A stretch of 63,170 bases of DNA, filler included, from Folioceros fuciformis (Eukaryota), in the NCBI GenBank assembly GCA_049999805.1. It is 11 parts of 11 records of this genome, joined end to end, with 100 filler letters (N's around TTAATTAATTAA, not from the genome) between each part and the next. Parts side by side here need not be neighbours in the genome. Positions count along the whole stretch, not along the records: positions 48,633 to 51,449 come from JBNGIO010002267.1; positions 51,550 to 54,895 come from JBNGIO010002269.1; positions 54,996 to 57,658 come from JBNGIO010002270.1; positions 57,759 to 63,170 come from JBNGIO010002271.1; 7 more parts are not named here. One strand, given 5' to 3'. The position numbers and the translations under genes are program-made. Under the pieces are notes generated by a model that searched no databases, was not told the origin of the DNA, and was given only the letters and a program-made list of their open reading frames with translations. Shown here one piece after another: positions 49,707 to 60,384 of the stretch. Position 1 is the first letter of the stretch. Every line of letters begins with the position of its first letter.

Positions 49707-51449
49707 TTATCCATAACGATCACGTAGTTTCTTGGACATCAGAAGCCAGGTCGCCTCGGAAGTTCTGCTGCAGTACCTATCAAATAGTGCAGCAATCAAC
49801 GCAGAAAGAAAAGCTCGAGCTTCAGGCTTCGCAGCAACACCAAGCAGCAAGGGACCCCAAGTTTCCGGAGCCTGTTCAACCGCAGCTGCAAACGCAGACA
49901 GGCCCTTTCGTACCCTTGCTTCGAACTCCTTCGCCGAGTGTGCACTCACAACCCGTCCCTTGGACTTGGGAATTTTCCCCTCCTGGCTTCGGACTTGGTA
50001 TGGCTTGACGTCCGGCACAACCGGCTCACCCCATACTTTCGTGTACCAGAACGTTTTCCAGTACGATAACTCCCAGAACCGATCGCCAGCGGGTGCAAAG
50101 ATTTTTCTCCAGTCGTCCTTCTTCCTTGCATTATCTGTGTCTGCGGTGCCAGAACCTGTGCTAGAAGAAGCTGAAGTGACATCCTCTTCTGATCCGTCGC
50201 CAGGCCAGACCATTCCACCCAATGTCTGTTCAAGTTGGAGGTAACTCTGCAAGAGACTGGCAAGAAGCATATCAAATGCCTGCAATATATCTTGAGCGAG
50301 GTAAATTCTGACTTTCGTCCCTTTAGATGAGAAAATGTACTCCAGAACATCCTTGGTGGCCGACGCAACCGCTCGGGCGTCAAAAGAACCCCGGATTCCA
50401 ACTGCTTTTCTGCTCGGAGGATCCTTCCCGTCCGGAACAGATTCAGAGACGACAGACTCAGCAGCCCCTTCAGCAATAGCAATCACAAGTCGTTCCAGAC
50501 GCCGCCACCTGATTTTACCATCCTGTCGGATCAGCAGCTCTCGAAGGATTTCCCTCATCTCTGGATCTGGATCCGCGAGGAGCCTTCCAACGACAAAGGG
50601 ATAGGCACTAGACACCACTTTGAACTCAGGATCCAGCGTTGTCGCTGTTCCCTCCAGAGATCCCAAGGCCCTTATTACCATGGCATACTCTGCTGGCAGC
50701 CGAAAGTTGAACTGGTGCATAACATCCGAAAGCCGACTCATAACACCTTGGAAATCAGAGTTAGCTGTACTCCCTTCCTCACCCAACGACAGCTGCAGAG
50801 CACGAGCCACAGGTTCGATGTCAGAACCTAGCGGAAGAAACCCTAGCACTATGAAGTCGTTTGCCAAGCCCAGCGAGTCCCGATTCACATAGTGCACCAA
50901 CGTCCGAATCAGACCAACACGATATTCCCGACGGATTTCGCTCATCATACCGAAGTCAAAGTACGCAAGCACGCCCTCCTTGGTAACCACAAGGTTGCCT
51001 GGATGCGGATCAGCATGGAAAAAGCCTTCCTCCAGCAACTGCTTGAGAGAACAGAGCACTCCTTGATCCACAAGGTCCTGTGCATTCAACTGCAGCTGGC
51101 TCAACTTCTCCCTGTCAGTCAACTTGATCCCCTCAATCCATTCCATGGTAAGAACACTTTTGGTCGTGAAATTCCAATACACCTTGGGTACCTTGACAGA
51201 CCCCTCCTTCCTCCGACCGGTGCTGGCACTCCTCCGCCGTCTATTCGCCTTGTGACGATCGTCAGGGTCACCCAAACCATACAACCGCGCAAATCTCTCT
51301 GCATTCTGCCCTTCTCGAATATAATCCACTTCTTCAAACATGCGGCCAACCAGCTCATCCACAACAGGCACGATATCCCGGGCTCCGGTAAACCTCTGCC
51401 AACGCCCTCCCACCAAACGCAGCAAATGAGCATCCAGGGCCAATCTCAC
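49707..51449 (-). CDS. ABC1/UbiB (aarF) atypical kinase, 5'-partial, ABC1K2-like
   Basis: EEVDYIREGQNAERF, VLTMEWIEG, GFFHADPHPGN, FDFGMM, VNRDSLGLANDF and RWRRLERL in a 580-aa open frame. The ABC1K2 subfamily call is from recalled similarity. Confidence 0.93.
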   Translation of the reverse strand: MRLALDAHLLRLVGGRWQRFTGARDIVPVVDELVGRMFEEVDYIREGQNAERFARLYGLGDPDDRHKANRRRRSASTGRRKEGSVKVPKVYWNFTTKSVLTMEWIEGIKLTDREKLSQLQLNAQDLVDQGVLCSLKQLLEEGFFHADPHPGNLVVTKEGVLAYFDFGMMSEIRREYRVGLIRTLVHYVNRDSLGLANDFIVLGFLPLGSDIEPVARALQLSLGEEGSTANSDFQGVMSRLSDVMHQFNFRLPAEYAMVIRALGSLEGTATTLDPEFKVVSSAYPFVVGRLLADPDPEMREILRELLIRQDGKIRWRRLERLVIAIAEGAAESVVSESVPDGKDPPSRKAVGIRGSFDARAVASATKDVLEYIFSSKGTKVRIYLAQDILQAFDMLLASLLQSYLQLEQTLGGMVWPGDGSEEDVTSASSSTGSGTADTDNARKKDDWRKIFAPAGDRFWELSYWKTFWYTKVWGEPVVPDVKPYQVRSQEGKIPKSKGRVVSAHSAKEFEARVRKGLSAFAAAVEQAPETWGPLLLGVAAKPEARAFLSALIAALFDRYCSRTSEATWLLMSKKLRDRYG

Positions 51450-51549
51450 NNNNNNNNNNNNNNNNNNNNNNNNNNNNNNNNNNNNNNNNNNNNTTAATTA
51501 ATTAANNNNNNNNNNNNNNNNNNNNNNNNNNNNNNNNNNNNNNNNNNNN

Positions 51550-52745
51550 GTAGAAGGCAAGGAGGACTGGGTTTGTCGACTACTCAAAACGATCTATGGG
51601 CTGAAGCAAAGCCCAAGGGCCTGGTATCAATGCATTTACGAGTTTTTGCTAGGACTGACCTTCGTGAAGAGTGCTGCAAATTCCAACGTTTATCTTCTGC
51701 AAGAGGATAAAGGATTTGTTATATTAGCAGTCTATGTTGACAACTGTATTTTACTAGGAACAGACCTAGATAACATCACGAAGGTGAAGCAACTCTTATC
51801 TGGGCGTTTTGACATGGTTGACATTGGAGAGCTCTCATACTGCTTGGGGACTCAACTCCTACGTAACCCTGCCACTGGAACTCTTACAATACATCAGTAG
51901 AAGATATCTACGACATGTTGTTCAAGTACAAATTCACAGATGCAAAGCCAACACTCACTCCACTCGAAGTTGGGTGTAAACTGACAAAGGAGCAATCACC
52001 TACCTCAGATTCTGACAAGCTTGAGATGGAGGCAATTCCTTATGCCCAAGTTGTTGGCTCTCTTATTTACTGTTCCAATAACAGCAGACCAGATGTTGCA
52101 CTCCCTGTTAGCATGATTTCTCAACACCTGAAGAATCCAGGGAGAGCGCATTGGTCAGCAACAAAAAGATTTCTAAGATATCTCAAAGAGACAAGTGATC
52201 ATGGCATACATTACACAAGACAAGGCTATGATGAAGAGGAGCTTACCTTAGTCGGCTATTGTGATGCTGACTGGGTGGCAGATCCTGATACTAGGAGGTC
52301 AGTTTCTGCTTACACCCTCTTACTTGCAGGTGGAGCAATTACTTGGTCGTCGAAGAAACAAACCATAGTATCACTCTCCTTGACAGAGGCAGAGTATTCT
52401 GCCCTAACACAAGCCTCTAAGGAAGCCATATGGCTAAGAAGGTTGCTAACTGATCTTGGACAAGCACAGAAGGGCCCGACTGTCATTTATTGTGACAATC
52501 AGTCTGCATTGGCATTAGCACAGAACCCTGTCTTCCATGCTAGGACTAAGCACGTGGAAGTTCACCACCACTTCATTAGGCATGCAGTTGAAACAAGACA
52601 GGTTAAACTGGAATATGTGCCAACAGAATCAAACGCAGCTGATATACTTACCAAACCCTTACCCAAAGCGAAGCACTATCAATTTAAGAAAGCTTTGGGA
52701 GTCCTTAGCCCACTTCATACAAACAACAGTTCCAGCAGTTCATAA
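51550..52745 (+). pseudogene. Copia RT/RNase H
   Basis: IYGLKQSPRAWY, VYVDNC, GYCDADWVADPDTRRS, STEAEY-like motif, RTKHVEV and ADILTKPL; one frameshift near 51900. Confidence 0.95.
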
Positions 52746-53212
52746 GATGTACACTTCAGGAGTCATGGGATCATTTGCTCCATCACCCTCAGTCACCACA
52801 TGCCTCATCTTGTATATACGACCTAGCGGCAACTTGAAAACTCTGGGCTTGTAGGCTTCAGGAGCTACAACCTTGTCCAGACCCTCAATCAGGTCTTCAG
52901 TCTTAGTCATGATGCTCCAAGATCCATCAGGAGCAGCCTGTTTTTGCTTGGAGGTGGAAGCTGCAGACTTCTTCAGAGCAGCAATTTCCTCCTCAAGCTT
53001 GGTGTGTCTCTCCTGCGCCTCCTTCAGCATCCCTTGCCAAGAGATTCAACAGCAGCTGAATCAGGTTGTGCCCTGCTTAGGGCAGCAGCGGTCTGCGCCT
53101 CATCATCAGACGCGCTGTGGTACTCTTCAGCTGGATCAGTTTCTTCTGAAGCAGACAAGTAGATTGGCGCAGCTTTGGACCCGTCTGCCATTGCGCTCAG
53201 CAGTGTGTGCTC
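52740..53212 (-). CDS. Antisense ORF downstream of Copia pol, function unknown, one frameshift
   Basis: Frames 53024-53215 and 52740-53030 give acidic then coiled-coil-like sequence; the stop overlaps the end of pol. Confidence 0.35.
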
Positions 53213-54895
53213 CATACAGAAATAGCTTCAGAACTCTGGCCCCTTCTACATACAGGCCTGGCACATAGGAGGCCTCCTCCTCATACTGCAGCACAATCCA
53301 ACCTTCTGTCATAACAGAGGTGCTTACCCCGTCCTGTCTTGGGCTACCTCGGGTTGCCTGCTCCCCCTCCTGCTGGGGTACCTGAAGGTTCTTTGCCTGC
53401 CCAGTTGTTGCCTCCTCCGGCTCTGTCCGCCTGGTACGGGTCACCCTCCTGCAGCGCCTAGGGGCAAGCGCCCCTACTGCTTCCTCCTTCGTTTCCAGGG
53501 TTGGTTCTTCAGCTATCTTGGGCCTTGCTGGGCCACCGATAGCCCTGTCGGCTACCCGACTACTGGTAGTCCCGTGGACTATTGGACTACCGGTAGTCCC
53601 CTCGACTATCGTTCCCCTGGTTCGGCTATCGGTAGCCCCTTCTGCTACCGGGGTCGCCGACTGACTCGGACGCCCAACCTTGCCCTTCCCCTTCACTCTC
53701 TCTCTGGCCTCATCCCGCTCCCGCTTGTATCTGTCAACCAACTTCTGAGCCTGCTCCACAGCAGCTATCTCCATCTCCTGTGCCATGGCCATTTCCTGTT
53801 GCATCTCCAGGTTAGTCTTGTGAGCCTCCCTCACCTGAGCTAGCAGGGTCCCCTATTGCTCTTTCAGCGCCTGCACTTCAGCCCTCGCCTCACGCGCCTC
53901 TTCCTCGGCTTGAGCCTTCTCCCTGTCCAGGACCTGCTGCTTCTCCTCTAGAAGTTGCCGCACCGTCTCCGACTCCGCCAGTTGCCTCCTTGCTTCAGCC
54001 TCTCGCTCACGAGCCTTCTCCTCCTTTCCCCGAGCCTCGGCCTCTCGCTCATCTTGAGAAACCCTCCTGTGCTGAAACGTGCCCTAACTTATCCTCCTGT
54101 TTGGAGGAAACTGTGTCGGCTGCCATCACCTGATCCTGTGGCCCCTCGGGTCTTGTCTCACCCTGACCTTGCTCCTCCAACCTTCGGTCCTTGATTCCTT
54201 GGATAGCTGGTTCTCGTTCTGCCTCTTGCTGACCCGTCTGCTCCCGGGCTGTCCCCTCTTCCTCCTAATCAGCCCCCATGCTCACACTTGTCCTCTGGTC
54301 CTTTTCCTCTTGGCAGGAGTCTTCTTTTGTGACGCCATCCTCTTCCTGGGCTTGACTGGGGTTTCCTCCTGCGAGCTATTATCATTGTCAGCTTCCCAGC
54401 TGCTGGAGGCAACCCTTGCTGGCTCAGCGAGCTTCCACTTCACATCGCGAACTAACTTCCACAGGTGCAGCGAGGCCAGCATTTCTAGCTCAGTGACCAG
54501 ATTAGTGTAACTGTACACATGGATTAGAAACGGGGAAATCATAGAAGGTTCAGGGGTGGGTTGGATCAGGTTCTGCCTCTCCTCATCCATCCGGGCGTAT
54601 AAAATCCTCCCCCAGTCGATCCTGGTGCCCTTCACTACTTCATGCACAAACAGGAGCATCTGGTCGGACAGATAATCCTATTTGCGTACCTAGAAGAAGC
54701 TCAGGAACCACCTGGCCAATCCCAACAGCTGGGGACTTGCCATGTCGCGCACCAGCCACCCGTTCGCTTCCTTTCTCGTGCCTGCCTTGAGCAGCGTTTC
54801 CGCGGCTCCCGTTCCGCCACGCTTCTTCAGGGACTCCAGCACCAGTCCCCCTTCCTCCTGTTGGTCGCGCCCGTAGACCCTCCTGATCAACTCCA
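53213..54895 (-). pseudogene. Family X accessory ORF, partial copy with an internal deletion
   Basis: Highly similar to about 60775-62650 but lacks about 61615-61840. Confidence 0.75.
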
Positions 54896-54995
54896 NNNNN
54901 NNNNNNNNNNNNNNNNNNNNNNNNNNNNNNNNNNNNNNNTTAATTAATTAANNNNNNNNNNNNNNNNNNNNNNNNNNNNNNNNNNNNNNNNNNNN

Positions 54996-57363
54996 ATCAC
55001 TGGGCTTCCCACCACTAGTAGCACCCCTATGCTACAACCTTCAGCCTACAAGCAACTAGGGTTGCTACTAATGGATGGAATGCCATGTGCCACTTATGTC
55101 CTACTAATGGATGGAATGCCATGTGCCACTTATGTCCTTGGCTGGCCACCTTCCAAGCTGCTGGACTGGTCTGCTGGACTGATGCCCTTGAGCGAATGCC
55201 ATGGCGTTGCGTCCTGGAATGGCAAACATCACCCATCATCACCGTAATCAGCACCAGGCTCTCCGCCTGCGGTAGAGAGTCGGTTCCCACCCACTACCCA
55301 TGGATGGCAAGCTGTATGCTAATTACGGCCACTAGTTGGCCATGGTACAGGAAATACATCACCCTAGTCAAATCCCCAGCAGCCCTTGCTCGTCTCTCCA
55401 TGCTCGTCTCTCCACTGGACCACCTCCTGCGTCTCCATCCACAACCCTAGACGATAGGGTATCAACTTCTTGAGGCTTCCCGGATCTCACCTCCTGTTCC
55501 TCATCTGATTCTAGTCAGGTGCCCTAGCACGCCCTCGGTGCCCGAGACGAGCAACCCTTTCTCCACCAGCCTCCCTTAATTCGCCTGCTAGCCCAACTGC
55601 TTCAGCCAAGTTCAAGCCAGCCCGCCACCAGCCTGTTTGGCTTGCTAGATCTTGCCATCATGCACCCTGTTAGCCATTGGCTGACCTGGATGCCACCTGG
55701 GCGCAACGCCCCCCACCTGCCCATCTAACCTTGCCAAGACAAGACCTTCACCAGGCTTGTCTGTTGTTGCTGCAGATGCTACTAGAGGCCGGCCAAAGCG
55801 TGCTTCCCAACCACAGGGTCCCCGAGCTGAGCAAGGCTAAGGATAATTCAGAGGCAGCGGCCAGTGGTTTTGCGACTCCGCTTTCTGCCTCCCGTCCAGC
55901 CACCAAGAGATCTCCAAAAAATGGCCGCGACCCCTCCAACTCAACTAGCCCCTTTGATCCGATGCTGGCCGCCTGCTAGCCCGCTGCCCCAACGTCCTAC
56001 CATCACTCCTTCGGCCAGGTCCCCTCCGGCTTGTCAGGATTTGGCCCCGGCTTGCCTCGTCTCGCCTGCTCGTGCCTGCTCCACCCCCATCTGCGGCCGT
56101 CCCGGTGCAACGCCTACTAGCAACCCCGCCACTACGATTCAATCTGCCATGCATCTTGCCGCCTCCAGACCCAGTTGTCGCCGAGCCGTCGGTCATCCCA
56201 TTCGCCTGCCCAGGCCCGCTCCATTGCCTGCGGCTTAGCCATCCTCCGGAGTGCCCTGCAGGCTTGTCAGCAGCCCATCGTGCCCAGATCGGGCCGCCGT
56301 GCCCGGATCCAGCCAGCAAGTCTGCCGACTAGAGTCAACTGGCCAACCAGCTCGCCTGGATCTGGCCATACCGCCAGCCCTCATCGCTTGCTGCCTGCTT
56401 GCAACCTCGTTGCTGCTTAGCAGCCTAGCCGAGTTACTCGACTGCCCTCTTGGCGGTCCAATCCTCCAGCCGGTACTTGCAATCCTCTGAGTCGTCCGCC
56501 TGTCGGGATCCATCCCAGCAGCAGGCCAGCCCGCCTGCCACTGATCCTGGCCAGGACCCCAACTCGGGTCTGGCTTGGTTCTCCTGCTTCCCATCATCTC
56601 GACCAGGACTGCTGGCTCTCTTCCTGCAGGGTCCCTGCCTATGTCGGCCCGTTTCGATCAACCGGGCTGCCCAGGCCGCCAACGAACTTGCCCGGCTGGC
56701 CCCGCTTGCCGAGCCTCCTCAGCAGCCCTCTCTTCTGCCTTCTAGCCCGGACTTAGCTTGGGTGCTCTACCTCCGACACCTTCAGGACATCGACTGGCTA
56801 CAAGATCTACCTCGGCCAGCCGTCAACAGTGGGGCCACCTAGCCAGACCCTCCTTCCATCGCCTGCAGCAGACCTGCCCATCGTCAAGCCATGCCGCCTC
56901 CAGCGTCCTGATGCCATGCTCCCCCCGCAGGCCGCCCTAGCCTGGACTAGCTCGCACACCACCCTATAGCCGCTGCTGGCTACCCATCGGCAGCCCGATC
57001 GGCCGAGCTGCTGCTGTCGGGTTGCCTGCGTGCCGTCGGTCCGCTTTATACACACCAGCTAGGGTTCGGCCTCTAGAATTCCCTTGTCCAGCAGCCATCT
57101 TGCTGGAGTCGCCTGCCAAGCATCAAGTTCCCCCCTCACAACTCCGATTTCGGCGCTCACCTCCTAGATGCCGAGTCGTCGGCCGGGCCGCCTTTCGACC
57201 CCAGTTTGCCTCCTGCCTTTCTAGACCCCATCGCCACTCACCTAGCTGGAATTCGGCTGCTGCTGCCGGGCTGGTTGGCTATCTAGCAATTCGGCCAAAC
57301 CCGCCAGGATCTGCTTGCAGGTTTGCCTGCTCGTCAGCTACATCCAATCACCTACAACCCCCC
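54996..57363 (-). mobile_element. 'Family Y' LTR copy
   Basis: Colinear with about 40115-41730, with indels. Confidence 0.75.
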
Positions 57364-57658
57364 TGTGAACGAAAAAAACTTTCGGAACCCCCATTTTGAG
57401 CGACGGAATGAGCAGGTTGTGATTTTTTTTGTGAAGGGACAGGCGAATCGGCTTAGTAAGTGAATAAGACCAGGGTGTTTATGCCCAAAGTCCCTCTTGG
57501 GCTTCGGGGTTTGGAGTGTACTGGAGACCGGGACAAGGAGGGGGAATGAGCGAGTGCCTCCTTGGCCCTTGGGTCATTGAGAACATTAAGGACTAGGTCT
57601 GTAGGTAGGTGAGTGGGGTATGTCCTTGGCCTTTGGTGGTCCAGGACCCCTTAGGTCT
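57364..57658 (+). mobile_element. Another LTR-like 5' end inserted into family Y
   Basis: TGTGAACG... starts exactly where family Y homology ends. Confidence 0.5.
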
Positions 57659-59262
57659 NNNNNNNNNNNNNNNNNNNNNNNNNNNNNNNNNNNNNNNNNN
57701 NNTTAATTAATTAANNNNNNNNNNNNNNNNNNNNNNNNNNNNNNNNNNNNNNNNNNNNCCCCACCGTCCTGGAGCTCACAATGAGGGTGGTCGGATCACG
57801 CAGCCCAGTGAATGCATGCCTGCCTCCTTTCCAGCCGGCTCCGCCATGCCGGTGATCACGAGCTCCTCTCGCACGGGCTGCCGCAGCTGGAATCCACGTC
57901 ATGCGGCCCCGCTCTACCCTGCCCTGTCCTCCCCTCTCATCCCCTTCCTTTCCCTTCCCTTGTCCCCAGCCGCAGCTCCCGACTACGTCCTACCAAACCG
58001 CAGGCGAGGGCGAGCCCCAGCCCCAACCGAGGTCGGAATGCGTCGTGTAGCAGCAATCTTTGACGCAAAGCAAGCCAGAGCAAAAGGCAAGGGAGCGAAG
58101 CAAGCCAGCAGCAGGAGCAGTCTGGCTACTAGCCGTTAACGGCCAACGAGAGAGGTCTGCACATCCACGTGTGCCGCAATGTGCACTCGCCGTTGCACCG
58201 GCCGTGCCCTTCACTCCTCAACGTCGTTTCTCTCCACCATCGCTCTCGTATGTACCCCAGTCAACGGTCACTTCCAGCCTTCCTTTCCCTTCCTCTCCTC
58301 TCTTCCTCGCTTGCGCTTTGCTTGCGCCTAAATCTCCCACTTTGCCACGCTAGATGACCATTTACCTTCCCTTACACCCTCTCTTACTGTACCCCACTCG
58401 TTTACCTACGTACATACGAACCTGGTTATGGATCCGGTCTTATATGCCTAAATCACCATCATATTTTTATAAATATATAGTTACATATCTCTGTTACATA
58501 TTATTAATTATTGATACGGTGAGGTATAACGAATATGCTAGTAGCATACCTTACAGGCAAATGATACAAAAAATATTATAAAAGTATTATAGTTATTTTA
58601 TCATGTTCTTTTAAAGAACTTTTACATGGTTGTTTTCTCTAACCACAGTGTCAAGCATTCCCCATCCTGGCTCGTGGCACTTTGATCTCACCTCGAGGTA
58701 GATAGAATAAACTCCCTAGGTGCATGGTGGTAAAGTACTAAATGAGGGATAGTGCTAGCATTTGTCAATTCATTAGGGGTTTGCACCAATTGGTTAGGTC
58801 ATCCTCTTTGCCCAAAGCAAGACCCCGTTAAATTCACTCAAAAACAAAAACAAGTTCTAATCGATTACAAACATTTTAATAGAAACCATGGTATACCAAC
58901 TTTATAAGAAAGAAGAGTCTATAGGAGGATATAGTCGTGGTATCCAACCTTTGTTAATTCACCAACTCTTCTCCGTGCCTTATACCAAAATTGCTCAACC
59001 TCATAGAAGATAATTGCATCCTTCATTGTACTACCTTGAAAATCTAAAGCATATGAGTAGCCAAGCCTAAACCAAGATAAGCTAGCACTTTCTAAACAGA
59101 GTATATAATATCTTTACAAGTAATTATTGTCCAATTCTACCACACTGGAATTAGTATAATGCTCCAAATAGATGGCCACCACTATGTTCTCAACAATTGA
59201 TCTTACACTTCGAATAGATAACCAGCATTGTATACTCAATTATGGATCTTGCTTCCTAAGAT

Positions 59263-59390
59263 ATAGTCAATGATAGTCCTCGCGCAACGCGCATAACATT
59301 ATTCTATTCCTTGTCGCACTCTCTTGCGCGCGTCTAGTCTCTACTCGATCCTATAAAACAACAAAAGTTCATAGGACTATCATTGACTAT
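59263..59390. repeat. 128-bp segment bounded by perfect 18-bp inverted repeats (MITE-like)
   Basis: ATAGTCAATGATAGTCCT ... AGGACTATCATTGACTAT. Confidence 0.6.
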
Positions 59391-60384
59391 GAGGTCGTTC
59401 CTACCAGACTAATTACCTCATGCCTGCGCATCCCCTTTTGCGCTTCCCTTCCTTGGTTCACCACAAAACCGCCTCACTCACCTCAGAAACAAGCGCACGC
59501 ACACATGAACAGCAGCAATCTATTGGACGCCTTCCACCCGCGTGATCTCACACCTTAGATACACTCCCTGCGGTCTCAATTCAGCTTCTTCACAGCCTCT
59601 CCAATCTCATCGCGACCAGTCACACATACACACCACGTCTCGTTGCACCCCATACACATTACTCACCTCGCCTCCAGAGTTTCCCCGGCTTTGTTCTCTC
59701 TTACCCCACTCACCGGTTCTCTGTATACATTCTGCCCGTCTTAACAGTCGTCGAATCACTTCCACTCCGCTTCACTTCCTGCTCTACTCCTTCTGGCTTC
59801 CTTTTCGCATTCGCTCTTACCCACTACTCAGCCACTCGCTCCTCCCCCTTCTCATACACGCGCACTCTCGCGCTCTCCTTTCTCTGGTTCTTCAGTCTTC
59901 TTTCTCAGCGATGCCCCTCCTGGGCTCCTATTAACGTTGAGGGATGGTGAGGTACCGGGGCTAAGGGAAGAGGAGTCCCTTCCACTCCGCACTCGCGGAT
60001 TCGGCTCCGACACCCGCACCACCCCACGTAACCACCTTGAGGATAGCTGGGGAGCTTCTCTCCCACTCGGTGAGGCTCCTCCTCCCGATATGTCCCCGGG
60101 CTTTATCACGGAGTGCCCACCACCTACACCCGCACCCCAGGTCGCTACGTGCGCTCGTTTGCCTGGACTTTCTGTCCAGCAACGGCCATCGCTAGGTCCC
60201 TGCAAGGTCGACTGTTCGGCTGGTTCTTGCTGATTTCTTAGGCCTTCAAACCGGCCTCTTGTACACGGTGTTGGCGGTTTTTTCCGCCATAAAGTATGTC
60301 AAGCAGGGGAGCTGCGCTCTTAAATTCTGAGCGACTTAGGTCCAAATAAAGCACGCTATAAAATCCTGTTCTAGCCTACATTTA

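Noticed and set aside
49732-51449. Plus-strand ORFs of 170-200 aa
   Set aside because: Antisense shadows of the ABC1K coding sequence.
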